A DNA stretch of 64,000 nucleotides from Candidatus Latescibacterota bacterium (GTDB lineage Bacteria > Latescibacterota > UBA2968 > UBA8231): NCBI GenBank assembly GCA_965203355.1, contig OZ241889.1:1856001-1920000 (forward strand), in the 5' to 3' direction. The position numbers and the translations under genes are program-made. This document shows positions 56,757-64,000 of the stretch, piece by piece; position 1 is the stretch's first letter, and each line of letters opens with the position of its first letter. The notes below the pieces were generated by a model. It saw only the letters and a list, made by a program, of their open reading frames with translations, had not been told where the DNA came from and searched no databases.

Positions 56757-59054
56757 ATGTTGAACCAGGCGAAAACGTACATTTTGGTGGCGGCTGCGAT
56801 GGCCGCCACCAATAGTGCTCCTTCCGCCCAGTCTCCATCCACCGGCACTGTTAGCGGATTCATCCGCGACAAAAGCGATGGCGAGCACTTGCCCACTGCC
56901 GCGGTCTCCATCGCCGTGGCAGACCGCACAATGGGTGCGCTGAGCAATATGGAAGGCTATTATGCCATCCCGGACATCCCGGCCGGGGCCTGGGTCGTCA
57001 CCGCGTCCTACATTGGCTACGCAACCTACCGCGACACGCTGGTGTTGGCCGCTGGTCAGGTCCTGCGCTGGGACATCGAACTCGCTCGACAAGCCCTAGA
57101 AATGGGGGAAGTGGTCGTGGAGGCCGAGGCGGCCGCAGTGGAGAGCGAAGTGAACCAGCGGCCGAGCGTTGTCGCCTTACCAGCAAAAGACTTACAACAG
57201 ATGGCGGCCATGGTCGAGCCGGATTTGCTGCGCAGCTTGCAACTTTTGCCGGGGGTGCAAGCCGCATCGGATCTTAGCAGTGGACTCTATGTGCGCGGGG
57301 GCGGCCCCGACCAGACGGGTATCCTGCTCGATCAAATGCGGCTCTACAACCCGTCGCACGCCTTCGGCTTCTTCTCCACCTTCAACCCAGACGCCATCAA
57401 GGATGTCGCCTTCTACAAGGGGGTCTATCCGGCCCAATACGGCGGTAGCCTAAGCGCCATCCTCGACGTGCAAAACCGCGATGGCAACCGCCGGAACGCT
57501 AGCACCAAAGGGGGCGTTAGCTTGATCTCCAGCCGGTTGATGAGCGAAGGGCCGCTCGGCCAAGGCTCTTGGATGGTGGCCGGCCGGCGCACGTACCTCG
57601 ATCCCATGTTCCGAGCAATCCGGCGGTACACCGACGAACTCGAGGGCCTCGGCTACTGGTTTTACGATGTCAACGCCAAGGTGAATACCCAACTTACTCC
57701 CAACGACCACTTGGCGATCAGCGCATACGGAGGCGACGATCATCTCGACATCAGCGTCCGCGGTAACAGCACCTCCAGCGACAGCGCCAACGTCCTTTCC
57801 TTTGGCAATAACTGGGGCAACAAGGCACTGACCGGGCGCTGGACGCACGTGTTTTCGCCGGCGCTTTTCGGGCGCATGATGGCCCTGTACTCTAAATACC
57901 AAAGCGACATCAGCCTCGATTTGTTCGGTACGTCCATTGCCGTGCACAATCGCGTACAGGAGGTCTCTTTCAAAAGCGGCCTCGATTACTTTGCCACGGC
58001 CAACCACACCCTGCGCACCGGAGTTGATCTTGCGTTCTTCCGCTTTGATTACGGGGTGCGCTTTGATCAGTATGAGAACGACCAAGTCGTCAAGCCCTAT
58101 CTCTTGTCGGCCTATCTCCAAGACGACTGGCAAGTAACGCCGCTAACCCAAGCCCGGCTGGGCCTGCGCGGGACGTATTACGAAGAGGGCGGGCACCTGT
58201 CGCTCAATCCGCGCTTTTCGCTTAGTCGCGTACTGCAAGAAGGCTGGCGCGTCAAACTGGCCGGGGGCAGCTACCGGCAATACTTGCAGTTGGTTTCGTC
58301 CGAAGGCTTCAGTGGCGGCGACCTGTGGTTGCCTCTCGACAAAACGGTCGAGCCGGGGCACTCCTATCAGGCGGTGTCGGGCTTGGAGTGGGAGCCTTCT
58401 ACCAGCTATCGGTTCAGCCTCGAGACCTACTATACGGACTTAATTAACCTCGTCGTCCTCGACGAGGAGCGGGGAGAAAACGTCGAGCAGGAAACCTCGG
58501 AGGATGTGTTCAAAACCGGCGGTAGCGGCTATGCGACCGGTGTGGAGTTGTTTGCCGAGAAGCGCCGCGGGCGTCTCAGCGGTTGGCTGGGCTACACCCT
58601 CGGCTGGACGCGGCGGACGTTTCCAGATATTGATGCTGGCCGCACTTTTGCGCCCAAATACGACCGCCGCCACGACGTGTCGTTGACCGCGACGTACCGC
58701 TTAGACCGCTGGACTTGGACCGCCAATTTCGCGTACGGAACCGGCCAAGCCTACACGCCAGCCGCCGCCCGCTACACCCTGCGCGACCCGGCCTCCGGCC
58801 TCCGCGTCAACCGGCTGCTGGCGGCCCGGCGCAACACCGCTCGGCTGTTGCCCTATCACCGCTTGGATGTTGGGCTGCGGAGTGCGTTTGGGCTTTTGGG
58901 TGCGGATGCCGAGTTCTACTTGCAAGTTTTCAATGCGTACAATCGCCGCAACGAATGGTTTATCGAGTACGAGCCCGACGATTTCACCGAGCAACCGATT
59001 GTGGTGCGGATGCTGCCCATCGTGCCGACCTTCGGCGTTGACTTCAAGTTTTAA
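56757..59054 (+). CDS. TonB-dependent receptor with N-terminal carboxypeptidase-regulatory-like domain
   Basis: SYIGY; DLLRSLQLLPGV, YVRGG..DQ, FSTFN.DAI, YGG.LS (plug); YHRLD; terminal Phe. Confidence 0.92.
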   Translation: MLNQAKTYILVAAAMAATNSAPSAQSPSTGTVSGFIRDKSDGEHLPTAAVSIAVADRTMGALSNMEGYYAIPDIPAGAWVVTASYIGYATYRDTLVLAAGQVLRWDIELARQALEMGEVVVEAEAAAVESEVNQRPSVVALPAKDLQQMAAMVEPDLLRSLQLLPGVQAASDLSSGLYVRGGGPDQTGILLDQMRLYNPSHAFGFFSTFNPDAIKDVAFYKGVYPAQYGGSLSAILDVQNRDGNRRNASTKGGVSLISSRLMSEGPLGQGSWMVAGRRTYLDPMFRAIRRYTDELEGLGYWFYDVNAKVNTQLTPNDHLAISAYGGDDHLDISVRGNSTSSDSANVLSFGNNWGNKALTGRWTHVFSPALFGRMMALYSKYQSDISLDLFGTSIAVHNRVQEVSFKSGLDYFATANHTLRTGVDLAFFRFDYGVRFDQYENDQVVKPYLLSAYLQDDWQVTPLTQARLGLRGTYYEEGGHLSLNPRFSLSRVLQEGWRVKLAGGSYRQYLQLVSSEGFSGGDLWLPLDKTVEPGHSYQAVSGLEWEPSTSYRFSLETYYTDLINLVVLDEERGENVEQETSEDVFKTGGSGYATGVELFAEKRRGRLSGWLGYTLGWTRRTFPDIDAGRTFAPKYDRRHDVSLTATYRLDRWTWTANFAYGTGQAYTPAAARYTLRDPASGLRVNRLLAARRNTARLLPYHRLDVGLRSAFGLLGADAEFYLQVFNAYNRRNEWFIEYEPDDFTEQPIVVRMLPIVPTFGVDFKF

Positions 59055-59057
59055 GCC

Positions 59058-59993
59058 ATGTATCGCTATCTCCTGCTGCTACCGCTGCTGCTCGCGTGCC
59101 AGGCGCCCGGGCCGCTAGCGGCCAACCGCGACCCGGCCGAGTTGTTCGGCCCCAGCGAGGCCGGCCTCATCGTCGTTGATGCCGTTCTCATCGTCGATGC
59201 GCCGCTGGCCCCGGTCGTCTTGCGGCGCACGGTGGCCCCCGGTACTCCCTATTCGGAGCGTGGTGCGGCCTTAGCGGGCGCGCGCGTTGCCATACACAGC
59301 GGCGACGCCGCGTTCAACTATCGCCCCGATCCGGCCGCGAAGGGGCACTACTTACCGCCGGACGACGCGCCGCTAGTCGAACCCAATCGCCTATACGAGT
59401 TGCGCGTCAACATTGAGGGCGGTTTGGCGGTACGCGCTCAGACCCAGACGCCAGCGCGGGTGTGCATTGATTCGCTGCTGCTTTTGGCCGATGACGCAGA
59501 GACCGCGCTGCGGCCGCTCAAGCTGTTTGCGGAGCTTGGCGACGCGGTCTATCAGGCCGCGGAAAACCAGTTGCGGTACGGCAAAGGGGTGCTCTGGGCC
59601 CAGTTTCAGGAGAATCGTCCGGCCGCTTCCTACCAGATACGCATAGAAAATCTAGAGGATTCCAGTGCGCTGCTGATCGACTGGATTGAGGAGGACTTTG
59701 AAGATCTTGATTTTGATTTCGAGCGCGTGGAAACGTCCACGCTGCTGAATCTGCAAAGCGGCGAACTCTACCTACCTTGGGACGGTATTTACTATGCCGG
59801 GCGCTACAAGATCAAACTCTTCGCGGTCGATCAGAATTGGTTTGACTTGGTCCGCACCGACAATGTAGATGCCGACCGGAGCAGCGGCGAGGCTGGCCAG
59901 AGTTTTCAACGGCCGCTTTTCCACGTCGAAAACGGGATCGGTCTCTTCGCTTCGGCGGCCGTGGATTCCTTCGGCTTCTCCGTCCGACCATAG
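59058..59993 (+). CDS. DUF4249-like lipoprotein
   Basis: Lipobox LLAC; IVVDAVL, YELRV, HVENGIGLFAS; directly follows the receptor gene. Confidence 0.7.
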   Translation: MYRYLLLLPLLLACQAPGPLAANRDPAELFGPSEAGLIVVDAVLIVDAPLAPVVLRRTVAPGTPYSERGAALAGARVAIHSGDAAFNYRPDPAAKGHYLPPDDAPLVEPNRLYELRVNIEGGLAVRAQTQTPARVCIDSLLLLADDAETALRPLKLFAELGDAVYQAAENQLRYGKGVLWAQFQENRPAASYQIRIENLEDSSALLIDWIEEDFEDLDFDFERVETSTLLNLQSGELYLPWDGIYYAGRYKIKLFAVDQNWFDLVRTDNVDADRSSGEAGQSFQRPLFHVENGIGLFASAAVDSFGFSVRP

Positions 59994-59997
59994 GCAC

Positions 59998-61650
59998 ATG
60001 TGGATTTTAGCGAACGACACCTTCCGGCGTGCGCTTGCTTTGTTGCGGTCTCCCGTACTCGTTTTTGCCGCCAGCCTATTGGGCGGATCGAGGCTGCTCG
60101 GCGAAGCGGTCGAGCCGAGCGCGAAACTCACTTTCGAGCCATACGAGATCGCCATCGGCTCGGCGAAACGCCAGACCGTTTTGACGGGATTCCTGCTCGG
60201 CGGCGCGGTCGCAGATCTGGCTGTGGTGAGCCGCGACCGCTTGCGCGTCTACGGGTTCGGCGACAGCACTTGGGCACCGCTACTCGACGCAACGTTGCGT
60301 CCCGAGGTATTGTTCGTCGATGTGGCCCATATCGGCGGACGCGACCGCTTGATTGCGTACGAACCCGGTCGCCTGAACTGGTTCGATCCTGAGACGGCGA
60401 CGGAACGCGCACTGGTGGCGGTGACGGCTCATTTCAATCCGCCTCGCCGCGGCGAAATCCCCCATGTAGATGTTACGCGAGACGTGAACGGCGATGCGCG
60501 CGACGACCTAGTCGTGCCGGGCGTCGATGGCTTTTTGGTGTTCGTCCAGATGAGCGATGGCGCGTTTGCCGAGCCGGTGGCGATCGGCCCTCCCATTGAT
60601 ATGAGTAGGATCTACGGAGCGGATGGATATCGATACGATCCTTGGTCGCAAAGCCGCGTCCACGAGATAGACTACAACCGAGACGGTCGCCGCGACTTAG
60701 TGTTCTGGAACGAGGACCACTTTGCGGTACATCGCCAAAACGAGCGCGGGTTGTTTGCGTCGGTGGCCGAGACTTTCGCGACCGATGTAGCATTCGACTC
60801 GGATCATTTTTCCGCGCTCGCCACCGGCGCCATGACCGGGAAGGTGCTGCACTCGTTAAGCGACCTGAACGGCGACGGCGTTGCCGATTTGGTCGTATTC
60901 TCGCTACAGGGCCGACGCACTTCCAGCAAGCGTTCCACTTATGAGGTGCATCTTGGCGCACCAACAGCCGATAGCAGCATCGCGTTCGCACCGGACGTCG
61001 ATATGGCCTTTAAGTCGGACGGCAGAATCCAACTCGGAATGGAGCGGCGCGACTTGGATCGCGACGGTCGCGCCGACTTGATGTTCACAACCATTGCGGT
61101 CCAGTACCTCGAAAGCAGCCTTTGGAAAAAATTCAAGGGGTTCATGGGCGATGACATCTGGCTGCATCTTGAGTTCTACCGCATGGAAGCCGGCCTCTAT
61201 CGCGACAAACCCAACGCCATCGGCAGAATCCAGTTGGACGGCGTGCCCAGCTATCAGGAGCCGGGATGGGTGCCGTTGGACGTCGCGCTTCGAGGGGCAA
61301 CGCACGTAAGCCGCAAGTCGCAAAAACGCTACTTGCGCGCGTTCAACAGGACCTTGCTCATTGGGGATGTGACCGGCGACGGTCGCGCCGATCTGCTCGT
61401 CGAGGGGATCCATAAGGAACTGCGCGTTTTTGTCGGCGTACCGGGGCCAGACCTGTTTGCCCAGCGGCCGCAGAAGGTGGCGGTCGCCTTACCCCACGAC
61501 GCGGAATACACCTCGCTCGCAGACCTCAACGGAGACGGCAAACAGGACATCCTCATGCACGATCCGTTCCCGCTGCGCGATGTCCACGGTGGGCCGAAAC
61601 GCCCGCCCGGGACTGAGGCGCAGCGGGTGACGATACTGATCGCTCGCTAA
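59998..61650 (+). CDS. FG-GAP/VCBS repeat protein
   Basis: Repeated DxNGDGxxDL motifs; start reset to ATG 59998. Confidence 0.8.
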   Translation: MWILANDTFRRALALLRSPVLVFAASLLGGSRLLGEAVEPSAKLTFEPYEIAIGSAKRQTVLTGFLLGGAVADLAVVSRDRLRVYGFGDSTWAPLLDATLRPEVLFVDVAHIGGRDRLIAYEPGRLNWFDPETATERALVAVTAHFNPPRRGEIPHVDVTRDVNGDARDDLVVPGVDGFLVFVQMSDGAFAEPVAIGPPIDMSRIYGADGYRYDPWSQSRVHEIDYNRDGRRDLVFWNEDHFAVHRQNERGLFASVAETFATDVAFDSDHFSALATGAMTGKVLHSLSDLNGDGVADLVVFSLQGRRTSSKRSTYEVHLGAPTADSSIAFAPDVDMAFKSDGRIQLGMERRDLDRDGRADLMFTTIAVQYLESSLWKKFKGFMGDDIWLHLEFYRMEAGLYRDKPNAIGRIQLDGVPSYQEPGWVPLDVALRGATHVSRKSQKRYLRAFNRTLLIGDVTGDGRADLLVEGIHKELRVFVGVPGPDLFAQRPQKVAVALPHDAEYTSLADLNGDGKQDILMHDPFPLRDVHGGPKRPPGTEAQRVTILIAR

Positions 61651-62855
61651 GGCCGCACCACGCTGCCGTCGGCGCGGCGATCCTCGGCCGCGTAAAAGGC
61701 GCGCACCTGATCGCCGACCAACAGATTTTTCGCCTGCTCTTCGTCGATGTCGATTCCCAGCCCCGGCTGGTCGTTGGGATACATGTATCCCCCTTCCATC
61801 GTGGCATGCCCGGGAAACGCCTCCAGTTCTTCTGGCCGAAAACCGTTCTCCTCTTGGATCCCGAAACTGTAGCTCGCCATATCGAGGTGCATGGCGGCCG
61901 CTTGGTTGACCGGATCGTTGTCCCCGCCTTCCTGCCAAGCCGTCTGCACGCCGTAAAACTCGCAGAGCGCGGCGATTTTGCGGCAGGGGGTGATGCCGCC
62001 GCCTTTGGCCACCCGGATGCGGATGTAGTCAATGAGGCGCTCGCTGATCAGCGGCAAGTATTCGTTGACGTGGACGAATAGCTCGCCCATGGCCTGCGGC
62101 GTGGTGCATTGCTGGCGCATGAGCCGGTACCAGCCGATTTGCTCCGGTGCCAGCGCGTCTTCGAGGAAAAACAGCCGGTAGGGTTCTAGCCGCTTGGCCA
62201 GTGCCACGGCGATTTGCGGTTTGAGGTGTTCGTGGACGTCGTGGGTGAGCTTGGGGCCAAACCCCAGCTTGTTGCGCAGGTACTCGAACATCGCGGGAAT
62301 AGCCTCCAGATAGGCTTCGTCGTCAAAGGCCGGTGCCGCCGACCAAGCATTGCGCGGCTTGAGGGCGTTTTCCACGAAACCGCCGCCGCCATAGCCGCCG
62401 AGTTGGCAGCGGATTACCGGCCAGCCCTCGTCGATGTAGCGCTGGACGTCATCGGCGAGGGCTGCGTGATCTCGGCCGCCGGCGTGGGCGTAGCAGGGCA
62501 CGGCCGCCCGGCAGGCCCCGCCCAGCAGTTCGTACACCGGCAGGCCGGCTTCCTTGCCTTTGATGTCCCATAGAGCCATGTCGATGCCGCCTAACGCGGC
62601 GTTGAGGATGGAGCCGCTGCGCCAGTAGCCGCTGTTGTACACGCATTGCCAGATGTCCTCGATGCGGCTGGCCTCGCGGCCAATAAGCAGCGGTCCCAAG
62701 CTCTCTTGGAGGGCCGTGGCGACGGTGGCGGCGTGGTTGTGCTCGCTGGCCGAGCCGATGCCGTAGAGGCCGGGTTGGTCGGTGATGATTTTGACGATGA
62801 CCCAAGTGCCGTTTTGGCGAGTGCGGATGCAGCGGACTTCTTTGATCTTGGCCAT
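61647..62855 (-). CDS. Enolase-superfamily acid-sugar dehydratase (RspA / D-mannonate dehydratase-like)
   Basis: YWRSG..LNAALGGIDMALWDIKGK, IRCQLGGYGG, HDVHE, FLED, MGELF, IQE; AGGAG RBS. Confidence 0.9.
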   Translation of the reverse strand: MAKIKEVRCIRTRQNGTWVIVKIITDQPGLYGIGSASEHNHAATVATALQESLGPLLIGREASRIEDIWQCVYNSGYWRSGSILNAALGGIDMALWDIKGKEAGLPVYELLGGACRAAVPCYAHAGGRDHAALADDVQRYIDEGWPVIRCQLGGYGGGGFVENALKPRNAWSAAPAFDDEAYLEAIPAMFEYLRNKLGFGPKLTHDVHEHLKPQIAVALAKRLEPYRLFFLEDALAPEQIGWYRLMRQQCTTPQAMGELFVHVNEYLPLISERLIDYIRIRVAKGGGITPCRKIAALCEFYGVQTAWQEGGDNDPVNQAAAMHLDMASYSFGIQEENGFRPEELEAFPGHATMEGGYMYPNDQPGLGIDIDEEQAKNLLVGDQVRAFYAAEDRRADGSVVRP

Positions 62856-62937
62856 GCGTGTCTCCTTGTATAGGTTTGCCATGCAAAATAAGCTCTATGC
62901 GCTGAATGAAAAACCGCTTTTTACCGCGAGGATACCT

Positions 62938-63702
62938 ATGCGCGCCTTTCAACCCTACGCCTCTTTGGAACGCTACATGGGCCGCCGCCTCTTGGCGCTA
63001 CTGGCCGCGCTGGCCCTAACCGACGTCGTCATTGTGCTGAGCGCGGCGCTGAGTACCGCTTTGGTGGGCACGGCGTCCGGAGGCGAGGTGGTCCGCGCCC
63101 GCGTCCTTGAAATCCTCAACGACGCGGGGCAACCCGTGCTCGTAGCTACGGCTGACGAGCGCCAGAACGGTGCTTTGTGGGTCGGGGCTGGTAATGGCTT
63201 GGGCGGGGTTCGCCTCAGCACCGACGCGCTGGGCCACGGCTTGTTGGTGGTCCAGACGGCGACTGGTGCGCCGCTGATTTCGATTGTGAGCAGCGATCAA
63301 GAGGGCGGTGCGTTGCAAGTGGACAGCGCGGCGGGTGTGCCGTTGGCGTACTTCGGCGCGAGCGAGGTCGGCAGCGGCCACTTGGCCCTGCGGAGCGCGG
63401 CCGGTGGTTTGCTAGTCGCGGCCGGCGAAGACCAGGGCAGTGGCTTGCTGATGGCCAACAATGGCGAGGGCGTCAACATTTTCCTCGCCGGTGCGGATTC
63501 GTCGCAAAACGGCGGCCTGTTGCTCAATAGCCGCACCGGCGACAACCTGATCTACGCGGGTGCCGGTGCCGCTGGCAACGGCGGCTTGCACGTCAACGCC
63601 GCCAATGGAACGCACCTCGTCTTCTTGGGGGCCGATGGGCAGCGCAACGGTGCGGTGGGGATTTGGGACCGCCATGGCGCGGGCCGGGTCTTGCCGAAGT
63701 AG
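62938..63702 (+). CDS. Membrane-anchored hypothetical protein with ~23-aa Gly-rich beta repeats
   Basis: Hydrophobic N-terminus; about 8 repeats of G.L.(V/L)....G..L...G. Confidence 0.65.
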   Translation: MRAFQPYASLERYMGRRLLALLAALALTDVVIVLSAALSTALVGTASGGEVVRARVLEILNDAGQPVLVATADERQNGALWVGAGNGLGGVRLSTDALGHGLLVVQTATGAPLISIVSSDQEGGALQVDSAAGVPLAYFGASEVGSGHLALRSAAGGLLVAAGEDQGSGLLMANNGEGVNIFLAGADSSQNGGLLLNSRTGDNLIYAGAGAAGNGGLHVNAANGTHLVFLGADGQRNGAVGIWDRHGAGRVLPK

Positions 63703-63738
63703 CGTTTGAATCTACTCCGTGCCAGAGCAAGGCAAATC

Positions 63739-64000
63739 ATGGACTCGAGCGACCGATGCTTTAGACGATTCGTCTCGTGCTTGTGTGGGGTTGTCTGCGC
63801 CTTTTTTGCTGAGCCTGCGGGCAGTGCCGACGAAATGCGCTTTGCCACCCGCCGCGACTGGCAGGCTTGGCCGCTGCCCGGCACGGTTGAGCTGACGCCG
63901 CAAGGTTCCCTTAAGCCCGTCGCGGTTCGGCGCGACATTAATGCGTCCCTCAATGCCGCAGCTTTTGGCGGCGGCATCCGCCGTGCGGGTTCCAATCGAC
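63739..64000 (+). CDS. Probable secreted protein, 3'-truncated by the window edge
   Basis: ATG 63739 is open to the end: MDSSDRCFRRFVSCLCGVVCAFFAEPAGSADEMRFATRRDWQAWPLPGTVEL...; signal-like N-terminus. Confidence 0.6.
   Translation, partial: MDSSDRCFRRFVSCLCGVVCAFFAEPAGSADEMRFATRRDWQAWPLPGTVELTPQGSLKPVAVRRDINASLNAAAFGGGIRRAGSNR

Overview
Gene-dense, GC-rich bacterial window with about 50 CDS. I saw no rRNA, tRNA, CRISPR array, transposase or integrase. The gene content (FlgD/T9SS-type C-terminal domains, a PorV-like barrel, many TPR, FG-GAP and sugar-acid enzymes, DUF6785) suggests an uncultured FCB-group lineage such as Ca. Latescibacterota; this is an inference. (1) 2.9-22.8 kb is a divergently transcribed envelope locus with two near-consensus sigma70 promoters. 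The left arm encodes an acidic-repeat secreted protein with a CHU/FlgD C-terminal domain, a GT39-TPR glycosyltransferase, two ASPIC/UnbV proteins and two TPR lipoproteins. The right arm encodes a CBM9-like protein, a lipoprotein, a PorV-like beta-barrel, a 1081-aa TPR protein, ExbB, ExbD and a TonB-like-anchored DUF4159 protein. This is the best candidate for an undescribed Ton-motor-energised, T9SS-related export system. (2) 23-48 kb holds aroA plus carbohydrate and sugar-acid catabolism and two sugar ABC transporters. One ABC operon is split by a ~2 kb insertion bounded by a 9-bp direct repeat, carrying DUF4258 and a YgiT-zinc-finger/HEPN-like fusion. (3) 48-64 kb holds a TIMP-like protein, a decayed DUF4160/DUF2442 pair, GGT, DUF6785, a CotH-LTD-CTD protein, a TonB-dependent receptor with DUF4249, an FG-GAP protein and a dehydratase. 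Sequence-level oddities are an extreme G+T skew in the PorV-like gene, apparent CCWGG depletion, a shared C-terminal T[AS]V[ED]xxSWGx[LV]K motif, and several gene remnants and fusions. All family calls are from motif recognition by eye, not from database searches.
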